Below, in pieces: positions 24,601 through 37,205 of a stretch of 64,000 bases of DNA. The stretch spans positions 79,918,001 to 79,982,000 of the forward strand of contig NC_043001.1 of NCBI RefSeq assembly GCF_006345805.1, in the 5' to 3' direction. Source of the stretch: Octopus sinensis (lineage: Eukaryota). Position 1 is the first letter of the stretch; every line of letters starts with the position of its first letter. Both the position numbers and the translations under genes were made by a program. The notes beneath the pieces were generated by a model. It saw only the letters and a program-made list of their open reading frames with translations, ran no database searches and was not told the origin of the DNA.

Positions 24601-25387
24601 ATCGCCTTATCAAGACTGTTTGCTTCTGTACAAAGTTGTTGTCTATTTAGAATTGAAAAAATACAGAAATAATTCATTTATTTATGCACTGTATCAGTTT
24701 AAAATTGAACAGTCGACATAAAACTATACGTATATTATATAGACAGAAAATCTAGAGTGAGTAATATAGAAGCCAGGGGCACGGAAGAAGGATCTGAGTA
24801 AGCGTCGCAAGCAGTATGGTAGAAAAAGATGAGTATGAAAGAAAAGAAAACAGAAGCAAAACATGATCGAGTGGGAGAGATAATAATTGAATAGATTTTG
24901 TATCTGAGGAGCTACAAATTAGCGAAAGCGAAGTTTCTCTGCCATAAAAATAAAACCTTCTTTTAAAATGCAAGCCCCTCTACATTTATATTAAACACTA
25001 TAAGTTCATTGTTGATTATTTTAGTCGTATTGATTTTCAATTGAAAGAATCTTCTTTAATCTAAACACACATGCATACACAAACAAGCACACACAAAAGC
25101 ACATACACACACACATGCTCACACACATATGCATACAAACGTACATACATACATACATAAATACATAAATACATACATACGTACATACATACATACAAAG
25201 GAGATGGAGAGGAACACCTATGTTCCATGTGGTAGGCTTCATAATTGTTAAGGAATACCTCTCTCAACATGAAAACAATGGTAGCTTTAACCTATATATA
25301 AAGCATACACACACATACATAATGCATACATACATACATACATACATACATACATACATACATACATACATACATACATAATGCATA

Positions 25388-26458
25388 ATGAAGGATGTCC
25401 ACTCGTGACCGAGGAAAACCATAAGGAACATTGTGCACTGAAGACTACCTTATGCTTTACACTTGCGGTTCCGTTGGTGACTAACGAACCCTGCTCTTGA
25501 CAAACATACACGACTGCAAACATTGCAGACCAAGCCTTCTCCATTCATTACACTAGCAATGCGTCTTCGAGTAGCAAGCTTACATTCATCAAGAAGAGTA
25601 CGTGCTCTTTAAAACGTATCGATTCTTTCCTTTACCTATTTCCTCCATCTGTGGCGATGACAGGCATTTCTCTGCTAGTCAGCCTCCCGCATGTCACAGG
25701 CCTTCAATGAGGACTTTACATAGTTCTTAAATCGCAGCCTTGGATTCTGCGGGGTCACTTTTCATTAACAAATTCCTCATTTCGCATCTGTTTAGGGATC
25801 CTGCTCTACTTCATTCTAACAAGGTGTCCAGTCCAACGTAACCGGTGTTTGTACACCATCGACTCAATACTCAGGATATCGGCTTTCCTTGGGACTTGTG
25901 TATCTGGTGTTTTTGATGTCCAGCCAAAATTTAGAATGTGTCTCAGACGTCTCTGATGGAAGCGTTCATGATTATTTACATGACGTTTGTAAAGAGTCCA
26001 TGACGGTATACATGCACGATACACAGCCCATAAACTTGCTTCATAAGATGGTAAAGCTTCTTGCTTTCATTTGTAGCAGCATCAGCCTGAGCATCAAGTG
26101 CAAGATCTTCCTACCAGGTATTCTGTGTCTTCATGAGAGATCGCTGCAGTAGTGATTTTACAATGCTGCAGTGGGCAAGTGCTAGATTTCACTGCACAGC
26201 TGGAAGTCCTCTGTGCAGTAATACACTGCGGGCATGGCTCTTTACGACCAGCAGTCGTTGAATTTCAGCATCATTTTCATCAAACCAGGCTGTGTTTGAT
26301 AGTAGCATATCCCAGTGATTCGGCAGCATATTGAAAGACCTGGTCTCGAAAATCTTCCCACACTGTAATATTTCCAATGCTGGATAAACGATCCTGAAGC
26401 TCTTTCCTCACCACAGCGTCGTATACCTTATGGACATTCAGATGCCGAGGAATGCCAA
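25388..26458 (-). mobile_element. RTE-clade LINE derivative with the RT domain deleted, flanked by (CATA)n
   Basis: WFDENDAEIQRLL and KLYHLMKQVYG (EN-RT linker) are joined near 26025 directly to VYRAC..WTLYKRHV...RFHQRRLRHIL..HRLRWTGHLVRM (post-RT region). Ends in a 3' stem-loop and (ATGT)n tail. Confidence 0.9.
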
Positions 26459-26539
26459 CATACATACATACATACATACATACATACATACATACATACA
26501 TACATACATACATACATACACACATACATACATATAAAA

Positions 26540-27450
26540 TGTAAGGACAACAGGCCAGATTTAATAATTTGGGATCATAAGAGTAACTGTGCACAGTTGT
26601 GGAAATTAGCTGCCCAGCGTATGTTAACATAAAGCTGAAGATCAGTGAAAAAGAGAACACCTACGCTGAATTATTAAGAAATCTGCAGTTACTCTATCCA
26701 GACTACAAGTTCAGGTTTATGCCTGTAATTATTGGGACACTGCGATATGTAACTTACTACCTAAATACTAATCTTAAAAACTTAGGCCTTTCAGAACCAG
26801 AAAGGAGAGAGTTAATTCGAAGGCTACAAATCCAATTTCCTTCTCCTTCTCGAGCCACACCTGGCTCATAAGGGCCGGTTTCCCGGTTTCCTTGGCGTAT
26901 CGGGACGCCGGTCCGTCGCAGGTGAGCTGCAAGATGCAGGAGGAAAGAGTGAGAGAAAGTTGGGGCGAAAGAGTCAGCAGAAGTTCGCCATTACCTTCTG
27001 CCGGAGCCGCGTGGAGCTTAGGTGTTTCGCTCATAAACAGAAACATCGCCCGGTCTGAGATTCGAACCCGCGATCCCTCGACCGTGAATCCGCTGCTCTA
27101 ACCACTAGGCCATGTGCCACCACACAGATCCAATCCATTACTGGAACTTTACAAATCTGTAAAATTTTCCAGCAGTTTATCATTTAAGTATATATGAGCA
27201 TGTCTAGATATGCAACTCTATGCATGAGAATTCATACATAAAACAAACAAATCTCCACATACATAGATACATACATACACACATACATACCTACGTACAT
27301 ACAAACATACATAAATACATACAAACAAACATCCCCTGTTGTTGATGTTGAAATTCCAATGAAGGAGCCTTGGGTCTAGGTTAAAAATCGGTCCTTTCTC
27401 TATTGGTAAAAAATCTTGAAATATACTGAATAATTACATATATACATACA
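26540..27450 (+). mobile_element. 3' end of an RLE-type LINE (same family as 4937-5403), interrupted by a SINE
   Basis: RPDLIIWD...EISCP..N..LKISEKENTYAELLRNLQLLYPDYKFRFMPVIIG (PD-(D/E)xK nuclease pattern); 3' UTR homologous to 5180-5400. Confidence 0.8.
26837..27123 (-). mobile_element. Full-length tRNA-derived SINE with an 11-bp target-site duplication
   Basis: A box tggcctagtggttagagc, B box ggttcgaatc. TSD acaaatccaat (26826-26836) / acagatccaat (27124-27134). Confidence 0.9.
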
Positions 27451-27699
27451 TACACACACACATACATACATACATACATACATACATACATACATACATA
27501 CATACATACATACAAATAAAACAAACAAACAAACATACTTACATCCATATACGACGCATATCTGTGTGTATGTGCGGTGGGGCTGCTGTTTTTCTTCAGA
27601 TCTAAGACTGATAAGGCTGGTTACTCTGTTTCTATGGTTTATAAGTGACCAAGAAAGTTTTACCGGTCTTTTGCAGGGTTCAAGATAGCAGCTTTTTGA

Positions 27700-27865
27700 A
27701 GTAAGGGGACAAGCCGATTACTTCGACCGCATTATTTGAGCAGTACTTAATTTTATCGATCCCGAAAAGTTGACAGCGGCAGGATTTCAACTCATAATGT
27801 ATAGACCCGGGAAAAAATGCCGCTAAGCATTATGTCGGACGTGACAAAGACTCTGCTAGATTGCT
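27700..27865 (-). mobile_element. SINE family E
   Basis: aagccgattacttcgacc...ttttatcgatcccgaaaag...aaatgccgctaagcatt...ctctgctag. Confidence 0.75.
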
Positions 27866-27905
27866 TTATACATATATAAATACAAAGATACATACACACA
27901 TACAT

Positions 27906-28036
27906 GCATACATACATACATACATACATACATACATACATACATACATACATACATACATACATACATACATGCATACATACATATGTATAGACATATA
28001 TCTTTATATAACAGCAGCAACATAATGGTAATAATA

Positions 28037-28082
<46 letters not shown>

Positions 28083-28156
28083 TGATGATGATGATGATGA
28101 TGTTGATGATGATGGTGGTGGTGGTGGTGGTGGTGGTGATGATGATGATGATAATA

Positions 28157-28187
<31 letters not shown>

Positions 28188-28213
28188 CAGTGGTGGTGGT
28201 GGTGGTGGTGATG

Positions 28214-28273
<60 letters not shown>

Positions 28274-28296
28274 GTAATAATAATAATAATAATAAT
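27906..28296. repeat. Compound (CATA)n/(AAT)n/(GAT)n/(GGT)n microsatellite
   Basis: Directly visible. Confidence 0.95.
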
Positions 28297-28860
28297 TTGC
28301 ATGTAATAAATATGATCGAATGCTTATGGAAGTGAATGTTTCCCCTGTAGTTCAAACGAGAAAATATCTATCGACCAAATTTGTTTAGCCTGCGGTTAGA
28401 GAGTCGGTGTTACTAGCGCTGTAGTTGTCTGTCTTGCTCGTTTCGATCATGTCATATTCCTAAATTATACCAACGTATGTGGCTTCTGTTGTAAACTTCT
28501 GCAGTACGGAACTTATGAGAGCAGTCTGTGAAACTGAGAAATACAAACACCAGTATAGCCAAAACTAAAGATAGCCATATTATAGATTATCTCAAGTTAC
28601 CTGCTCTACATGAGAATAAACGATCAAAGAAATGCCTCATAATATTAGAACCTTTCATGAGTCTACATTTTATTTCATTTCATTCTTATCTATACATTTG
28701 TTATATCTTAAAAAAATCAAGTAAAAAATCTTTCTTTCTATTTTGTATGCAGCGACCATGAGACGGACTGACATGTCTTATGTCTATTGTCTATAATGTC
28801 TATTGGCTCAGCATTCGACACCTACAGCTGATTTTTTAATTATTTATTTATTTTTCAATT

Positions 28861-29025
28861 AGGCGCAAGCGTGGTTGTGTGGTAAGAAGCTTCCTTTCTA
28901 ACCCCATGGTTCCGGTTTCAGTCCCACTGCATGGCACCTTGGGAAACTCCCTTCTACTATACTTCGGGCCGACCAAAGCCTCGTGAGAGGATTTGGTAGA
29001 CGGAAACTGGAAGAAGCATGTCGTA
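28861..29025 (+). mobile_element. SINE family A, 5' half
   Basis: Head plus ggcaccttggg...cttctactata..cgggccgaccaaagcc..gtgagaggatttggtagacggaaactg. Confidence 0.85.
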
Positions 29026-29039
29026 TATATATATATATA

Positions 29040-29329
29040 AGGTTAATCCAAACAAGAAAACACAGAAAAAAAGAGAAAAAACACAGCAATGCAGGACGTG
29101 GAACAATTAAAGTATTATTGACGCTCAGGAAAGAAGGGAAGGAGGGTTTAACGTTTCGAGCGGAGCTCTTCGTCGGAAACAAGGAGAAGGAAAGATCCCA
29201 AGGAGGGAAGACAGAGGAGACAATATTTGAGTTGGTGGTGCTTAAGAGATCACATGTTGAAAAGAACAGAATTTGGAGGTAGTTGAAAAATGGTTTTATA
29301 ATGCAAGAGAGTTCCAAAAAAAGGGAATG

Positions 29330-29330
<1 letters not shown>
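29040..29330 (-). mobile_element. PLE-type repeat with hammerhead motif
   Basis: Reverse complement is homologous to 42410-42590. Confidence 0.75.
29146..29180 (-). ncRNA. Minimal hammerhead motif, U4C core (CCGACGA)
   Basis: GTTT CCGACGA a GAGC tcc GCTC GAAAC GT T AAAC. Confidence 0.6.
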
Positions 29331-29362
<32 letters not shown>

Positions 29363-30221
29363 AAGATGACAAGTGTGTTTGTGCGTGCGTGTGTGTGTGT
29401 GTATTTTTGGTGAATAGAAGTAATGACAAAGCCAGCTGTGGTGATGACTACTAGCTGTTTGTGTCAAGGTAGGTCAAAGACAGGTCAAAAAACATCATAT
29501 GTGTGTGTTGTTTGTAGTGTGTGTGTGCATGTGTGTGTTCGTGTGTGTATGCATAGAGTGTGGGTGTGTGGCGTAACCCTACTATGTGTGTGCTTGTACG
29601 TGCGTGGGATCTTTTCTATTCTGAAGCCAGTTTTTTCAAATTTTTCCTACTGAACCAAACAATTTGAAACTTCGTATACTGGTAGAATGTGTCAAAAGTA
29701 AACTTAATTGTAAACCAGAATGAAAACGGAATTGTAACTTCTAAGTTTAACGTTGTTTAATAATTAGAATTTTAACCAATGATATTCCGTAATTCGGCTT
29801 TATTTTATTTACTCCGTCTCGACCACCAATTTCGTGACGTATTAAACATCTTAAATGTAAACAAGCTATAGTCAGCCACCTTCTAATAACAAAAGTTTGT
29901 CTTTGAAGTTACCGTCTAGGGGAAGCATTGATGTACATGTGTGTGTGTGTGTGTTTGATGGGGTGTGGGAGACAGTATGTTGTGTAAGTGAAGTGCTTCT
30001 GTTAGTGTGTGTGAAGAGACAGAGAGAGTAATGTGTGAAAGAGAGAGATAACTGAAATTTTTTACTCGGTGTATGTGTATATGCCTGAATGTATGTGTGT
30101 ATGTATCTGTGTATGTATGTATGTATGGCCGATTCAATGTAATTTTTTACACATACTTACACACACACACACATACATACACACACACATGCAGACATAC
30201 ATATACACATACACCGAGTAA

Positions 30222-30268
<47 letters not shown>

Positions 30269-31239
30269 TTTATAAAAATATGGTAAAGTAAAAAAATTAC
30301 TTAACCACACACCGAGCTTTTTAGAAATAGCAGCCAAAAATTTCTCAACTGCAAGAAAAAGTCTCCCAGACAATGCATACTCAGAAATAATTCACATACG
30401 TATAAGAGAAAAATAACGAAAAATCACATGGATTCTCCGATATATGTTATAAAAATATGGATTCTCCGATATAATTTATAAAAATATGGTAAAGTAAAAA
30501 AATTACTTTACCACACACAAAGCTTTTTAGAAATAGCAGACGTCACAAAACTGCTTTCAACGTCACACTAACAGATCGCAGTAACGTTTTAGATATGAAA
30601 ACAAGCAATCTCATTGGTTAAAATTCGCAGTTTTAATCTACGATTAAAGTCATAAAATAGATTTTTCTCAAATAAACTAGTTCCAACTGGTGAATAAACT
30701 AGTTCCACTCTATGAGTACACAAAGTTTCAAATTATTTAGTTAACTAGAAAGATCTGGGGTCCTGGCCACAAATTTGAAAAGATCCCGTGCGTGTATGTG
30801 TGGGTTAATTTATGTGAGAGTGTATGTATGTGCGTGTATGTGTGCTTTTGTATGTGTTTGTGTGTATGTGTGCATGCGCGGATAGGTGTATATTGTGTAT
30901 GTATATCTGTCGGTGTGTATGTGAGTTTGTGTGTGTTTTTACGCGTGTATGTGTGTGTGAGTGTATAGTATATATATATATATATGTAAATGTGTGTGTG
31001 TGCGTGTGTGTGTGTACGTGCGTGCGAGTGAATGTATGTATATATGTGTGCGTGTGTGTACAATGTAGGGGCTTATATGTGTGTTTATATGTGTGTGTGT
31101 ATGTGTGTGTATGTGTATGTATGTATGTATATATATGCGTGTGTGTATGTATGTATGTGTGTATGTGTGTGTGTATATGCGCGTACACACACACGCACAC
31201 TCACACATACACACACACAAACATATATACATGTGTATA

Positions 31240-31457
31240 TGTGCTTTGTGTCTGACCCCAGAACTGGTCGACAACCAGTTTTGGTGCGTTTCCAACCCCG
31301 TAACTTAGCGGTTCTGCAAAATAAACCAATAGAATAAGTACCAGTCTTAGCAAAAACATTAAGAACTGGAGTCGATTCATTCGACTAAAATCTCTTCAAG
31401 GCGGCACCCCAACAGGGCCGCAGTCTAATGAGTGAAACGTGTAAAAGATAAAAGATA
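31240..31457 (+). mobile_element. SINE family A, 3' half
   Basis: ccccgtaacttagcggttctgcaaaa...atagaataagtacc...ggccgcagtctaatgagtgaaac..aaaagataaaaga. Confidence 0.8.
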
Positions 31458-31599
31458 TATGTAATATTGTCTAGTAATTTGTTAATGCTCTGTGTTTTTT
31501 ACACGATGAATGTAAGAGATGTAACGTTTTGGACAAAGTTCATTAATGTCCAATAATTCACATGACCACTTAATCTTATTACTTTGTGTCTATGAACAA

Positions 31600-31790
31600 A
31601 AATGAGTTGTACCTACATTTCAATGCGTCAGCCTTGTCACATTCTGAGTCATTTTGAACATCCCTGAGACCTACATTAAGGGCATATGTGTTTGTGGAGT
31701 GCGCTGCCACTTGCACGTAAAGTTAACGAGCAGGCTGTTCCATTGATCGAATCAGCTCGAATTCTCGTTATTGTAACTAACAGATTGCTA
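31600..31790 (+). mobile_element. SINE family C internal/3' fragment
   Basis: aagggcatatgtgtttgtggagtgc..gccacttgcacg....acgagcaggctgttccattgatcg, shared with 60980-61085 and 63537-63660. Confidence 0.65.
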
Positions 31791-32276
31791 AGACATATAC
31801 AAATTTAGCTGCTTACAATCTGCTTACACAGACAATTTCATTAGAATGCCAGAGTTATGGGGAGCGTCGGGCATTACTTGAGAGTATTCTGAAGTACTCC
31901 ATTCTTTTTCATATAGCTCAAGTAATAAATGCTTTGATATAGATCATTCTGGTAGGCGCCCTATTACTCGTATGATTCGGGACCGCCAGGTAAGTGTGTT
32001 TGGTTATGTTCCTTGATTTTCTTAGTAAAATTCTGAGTATCGTGCGATTTTCTTTGAGGATCTGGTTGGGGTGACGGCACACTCTCGTGGTCAGTAATAC
32101 CTTGCATGATCCCGACAGATTAATTAGGAAATATTACGCAGAGATGGAGACCTGTCAGGGACAATGGTCGGAGGCTTTGCAGGTACGAATCAAGCCAATA
32201 CCGATATATGGTATATAGAGTCATGCAACAACGGCTCATGTTCACATACTTTACCTGGCATAACTTATAAATCATT

Positions 32277-32323
<47 letters not shown>

Positions 32324-32376
32324 TCATATATATACATATATATGCGTGGATGTATATTCATATATATGTGTGTGCG

Positions 32377-32428
<52 letters not shown>

Positions 32429-32711
32429 ATATATATATATATATTCATATATATGTGTGTGTGTGTTTGTGCGCGTGTGTGCTTATATATATGTACATAT
32501 ACACATATACACAATATATATATATATATATATACATATATATGTACGTATATATATATATGTATATATGTATATATATATATATACATATACATATACA
32601 TATATATATATATGTATATATGTATACATATATACATACATATATACATATATATACATATATACACTTGTATACATGTATATATGTGAATATACATAAA
32701 TAATAATACTG

Positions 32712-32730
32712 ATGACAATGATGAAGATAT

Positions 32731-32782
<52 letters not shown>

Positions 32783-32790
32783 AATGGTGT

Positions 32791-32844
<54 letters not shown>

Positions 32845-32845
32845 C

Positions 32846-32887
<42 letters not shown>
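32712..32887. repeat. (GAT)n microsatellite
   Basis: Directly visible. Confidence 0.95.
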
Positions 32888-33062
32888 AAACTGCATGCAA
32901 TAAATATTATTGAATGCTGACGGAACTGAATGTTTCCAATCTAGTTGAAACGAGAAAATATTTATCGACCAAATCAGTTTCGCCTGCGGTTATAGATGGT
33001 GTTGTCTGTCTAGCTCGTTTCGATTATCTCTGTCTGTGTATACGTGTGTATGCGTGTGTGTG

Positions 33063-33394
33063 TTCTTTTATTCTTTAACTTGTATTAGTCATTAGACTGC
33101 GGTCATGCTGGGGCTCCGTCTTAAAGAATTGCAATCGAACGGATTGGCTTCAATGCTTGTTTTTTTAAAGCTTGGTACTTATTTGATCGGTGTTTTTTGT
33201 CGACTCGCTATGTTATGAGGGCGCAAAAACATCGACAGCGGTTGTCAAGCGGTGGTGGGGGAGAAACACACACACAAACACACTTGCTTCATGCTGTAGT
33301 AGAAGACACTTGCCCAAGGTACCATGCAGTGTGACAGAACCCGGAACCATGTGGTCAGGAAGCAAACTTCTTATCACACAGCCACTCCTCCACC
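33063..33394 (-). mobile_element. SINE family A (internally deleted)
   Basis: Tail ttctttaacttgtattagtcattagactgcgg; head ...gtagaagacacttgcccaaggtacc...cttcttatcacacagccac. Confidence 0.85.
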
Positions 33395-33444
33395 TATGTG
33401 TATGTATGTATGTATGTAAGTATGCTTCTATGTATGTATGTATG

Positions 33445-33476
<32 letters not shown>

Positions 33477-33493
33477 TGTATGTATGTGTATGT

Positions 33494-34028
33494 CAGGTCA
33501 CTTTCGAGTGCTACTGGTAACATGTAACCCAGTACTACCTGTTGCATGGTCGGGTAGTCGGCGACTAAACCGGCAACCCCACCAAGCTCGCTTGGTGAGG
33601 TCACCCTGCGAGATGAAAAACAAAACCCGTCAAAGAGCGGAGGAACTCTTGAGAGTCAACGGCCATCCAATAAATGCCTTAGGCTGTATAATGCGCGGGG
33701 ACATAGAAATAATCGGATTGAATACCCTATCGCGCAGTTAAACCATTGGGAGTGAAGGACTCCTAGCCTTTGTCAGGGCATCCTTCTAGGAGAAGGCAAC
33801 TCAGGTAACTGGGATAACTCCGACATAAAACCTGCGGCTCAGTGGTTACCGATGATGTTGACTTGTTCTTCTTTTCGGATTATGGCTGCTGTTGCTTAGT
33901 GAGTGAGATTGACTCAGTGCTCCGCCTTTCCTCACTTAAAAAATATCTTCGTGCACAGGCATTGCACGATAACAACATTGATTAAGCTTCGTGCAATAGC
34001 CATACTCGATAACGAGGGAGCAGCCACC
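33494..34028 (+). mobile_element. Non-coding RTE-derived non-autonomous element, flanked by (ATGT)n
   Basis: 3' end ctcgataacgagggagcagccaccATGTATG parallels the RTE 3' end ctcggtcacgagtggacatccttcattATG (minus strand, 25388-25415). The GC-richer 5' part resembles RTE 5' UTRs (from recall). Confidence 0.6.
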
Positions 34029-34688
34029 ATGTATGTATGTATGTATCTATGTATGTAAATGTTAATCTTACATAATACATAACTATAGACAGTAATATAT
34101 ATACGTAGGTAGAGCGTGCAGCTTCTCCATAATCGTGGAGATGTCGTGTGCTAAAATATTTTGTTCTGAAGATAAGACAGAGAACGTCTTGAAGCGTACG
34201 TAAAAGAAAATAAGGAAAATCTATTTGGCATGTACCTTGGCACAAAATCTTAGACATTGAATGACACCTGCTGAAATCTTAACAAATAACAGAGTATATA
34301 TACTCTAGTATTATGTATTGAGTTCTGCGTTCTTGTCAGTAAAATTAAACATCACGGTGTCGACCACATAATTGGATGTTGTTATATGTTGCTGATCACG
34401 AAGCGCTTCGTATTATTTTAGCTTTAGAATGGTGTCAGCCGGTGTCTAGGCAGACAGGCGAAAATCTCCTGCTGAAAGGAACGTTAGTTCGTCGCAGAGT
34501 CACTCCTTTTGTAGCTGAGTGGATTGGTGCAATGAGATATGAAGTGCATAGTTGAAGAACACTGTCAGTGCGTGTGTGTGTGTATGTGTGTGCATGTGCG
34601 TGTGAGAGTGTATGGAGAGAGAGAGAGATAAAGAGAGACAGAGATATGACTATTAACATTGTTATAGAGATTAGCAGCGATATGTAGA

Positions 34689-34913
34689 CAGTAATCCCTC
34701 ACCATATCGCGGTTCGCCAGACGCATACTCAGTACATTTTGGTTCACATATCACGCACTCAGTACATCGCGGATTTTTCTGGCTAATATCTGTAAACTTA
34801 TACCGCGGATTCCTCAGGTTTCTACGGCCGACACGTATTTATGCATTTTAGATTTTAAGTATTTCTGTGGGAGGTTTTTGAACGTAACACCCGCAATAGT
34901 CGAGGGATTACTT
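34689..34913. mobile_element. pogo/Tigger-like MITE
   Basis: TIRs cagtaatccctc..atatcgcgg / ccgcaatagtcgagggattact; TA on the right flank. Confidence 0.8.
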
Positions 34914-34941
34914 TACAGTAAAGGTGACATAGGCACAAATG

Positions 34942-35290
34942 CAGGGTGGGCCATAATGATGGAACAGATTTTAAGTGATAGTATCTTGGATTTAAAAAAT
35001 GACATTGAGTACCAAATACATTTATTACATAACGGATATACAGGAATTCAATGTATTATGTAAGATTTTATTAGTTTGAAGGTAGTTGACGTTGATGACC
35101 CTCATAATGTTGAGGTCTCCAAAAGAAATTTCATACGTGATCGAAGCATATCTCGGCAGCCAAAGATCCATCTTTGAAGCCCAAAGAAAATTACGACAGT
35201 ATTTTGGAAAGCGACAGACACCATCCTGAAATGTGATCCTACGTGCTGTTACAAACTTCCGTGAGACAGGACGAACATGGTGCAACTGTA
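34942..35290 (+). mobile_element. 5' end of a Tc1/mariner element (DUF4817-like N-terminal HTH), decayed
   Basis: TIR-like cagggtgggccat; translates YVIEAYLGSQRSIFEAQRKLRQYFGKRQTPS*NVILRAVTNFRETG. Confidence 0.7.
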
Positions 35291-35299
35291 ATGGTAGTT

Positions 35300-35545
35300 G
35301 CTGAGCGCTACAACCATATCATGAAGAACTTCTTTTCCTTGTTACAAAGGCTTGCCCTGAATCTGATGTAGATCCAAGAATATGGTGCCACAGTCATACA
35401 ACTGTCAATGACAATTCTTCCAGAACAATTCTCCAAGCATCGCATTTCGAGATTTGGTGATATCCGCTGGCCATCCAGATTACCGTGGACTATTTTCTTT
35501 GAGGTTCCTTCAAGAATAGGGTATACGCGTGAAGGCTCCACACAG
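35300..35545 (-). mobile_element. C-terminal fragment of a mariner-type transposase
   Basis: ORF 35308-35541 VYPILEG...HGNLDG..I..SC...RFRA resembles the end of DD37D-type transposases. Confidence 0.5.
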
Positions 35546-35692
35546 CAACAGAACTAAAACAAAGCATCCGTTGAGAGAGTTCAGCCATTCCAGTTGATAT
35601 GCTAAGTCGCGGTGTGTTTGATATGAGAAAGCGAGCTCGTAAATCTCCAGGTGTAATATTCAAATCTTAGATAATATATTTATTTCTCTATT

Positions 35693-37205
35693 ACCCATAG
35701 GGACTAAACATAGAGGGGAAAAACAAAGATAGACAACGGATTAATTCGATAACCTCGACTCCAGGGCGTAACTGGTAGTTATTTAATCGACCCCGAAAGG
35801 ATGAAAGGCAAAGTCGACCTCGGCGGAATTTGAATTCAGAACGTAACGGTAGACGAAATACCACGAAGCATTTCCCCCGGCTAACGATTCTGCTAGCTCG
35901 CCTTAACTCCTGTTATGTAATGAATATATTTGGTACTCTATGCCACTTTTATAATCCAAGATACTATCATTTAGAGTGTGTCCCATCATTATGACCTCCC
36001 TATGTATTAGTGATAGAAAATGTTAGGGATTAAGGCAGTTACAGTAACTTCTCCATCGTTTAAAATTGCATCTTCCTAACTCGATAAACCAAACCTAAGA
36101 AGATCTGTACATCTATTCTAAAATTACTGAACAAGAGAAACTGAAAATTGAGAGAAAAACTAAATAAATATAGATACAGAGACAATGAAACTGTAAAAAA
36201 GAAAATAAATTAAAGGTCAATGACTGTATGTAGTAGTTGCAAAAGAAATAAAATGATTGTTGCAAAAGATATAAAACGAGTCTATTTCCTCTAAATTTGA
36301 ATAATTATTAAATCTGGTTAGCATTAAATTGTTACATTCTTTATTGTCTTCTCTTAAAAGCTCTAGAAGTAAATGCATAGCAAGGGTATAATATTAATAC
36401 TCATGTTCGCTTCAAATTTTAACACAGGGCCAGTAGTTTCAATTGGTACTTATTTTATCGACTCCGAAACGATAAAAGGAAGAGGCAACCTTTGTAGCTT
36501 TTGAACTCAAAGAGTAAAATCGAAAGAAATGCCGCTAAGCCTTTTATATTTTTCGGTGTGGTAACGATTCTGTCAGCTCTCTACGAATATCGTTTTCAAA
36601 TTTTGGTACAAGGTCAGCAAGTTGGGGTAGGGGTTAGTCGATTAAATCAACCGCAGGGCTCGACTGATAGTTTTATTTATCAACTCCTGAAAGGATAAAA
36701 GGCAATGTCGACTTCGGTCGCATTTGAAATCATGGCGCAAGGATGGACGAAATGCTGCTTATTCATTTTGCTCGGTACGGTAATGATTCTGCCATCATGC
36801 TGCCTAATAGTGACACTAATTTTATAGTTTATATAAGGCGACAAAGTGGCAGAAACGTTAGCACGCCGGGTGTTTGCCGTTACGTTCTGAGTTCAAATTC
36901 CACCGAGGTCGACTTTGCCTTTCATCCTTTCGGGGTCGATAAATTAAGTACCATTTACGCACTGGGATCGATGTCATCGACTTATTCCGTTTATCTGTCC
37001 TTGTTTGTCCTCTCTATGTTTAGCCCCTTGTGGGTAGTAAAGAAATAGTTATTTTGTCTGTCTTTACGTTCTGAGTTCAAATTCTGCCGATGTCGACTAT
37101 GCCTTTCCTCGATTTGGGGTCGATAAATTAAATACCAGTTGCGTACTGGATCGATCTGATCGACTGGCCCCCTCCCCAAAATTTCGGGCCTTGTGCCTAG
37201 AGTAT
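35693..37205. mobile_element. Cluster of five SINE family E copies (three minus, then two plus)
   Basis: Approximate copies: 35693-35900 (-), 36420-36580 (-), 36590-36800 (-), 36835-37045 (+), 37055-37205 (+). Shared motif gtcgactttgcctttcatcctttcggggtcgataaa. Confidence 0.85.

Noticed and set aside
27050-27123. Possible tRNA genes (also 1990-2060, 16986-17060, 44186-44260, 51814-51885)
   Set aside because: A and B boxes are present but they run into SINE bodies and lack a clean acceptor stem; these are SINE heads.
27792-28355. 187-aa poly-Leu/Ser/Pro ORF and overlapping poly-Ile/Met ORFs (likewise 17684-18223, 30805-31295, 32164-32900, 50680-51216)
   Set aside because: Microsatellite read-through on both strands.
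32916-32965. CTGACGG...GTT-GAAAC in the 150-bp repeat
   Set aside because: A9 is replaced, there is no stem III or NUH, and the sister copy reads CTTATGG/CAAAC.
33494-33700. HDV-like ribozyme expected at RTE 5' ends
   Set aside because: Hairpins are visible, but I could not build the P1/P1.1/P2/P3 double pseudoknot by eye; an Infernal or RNArobo search is needed.
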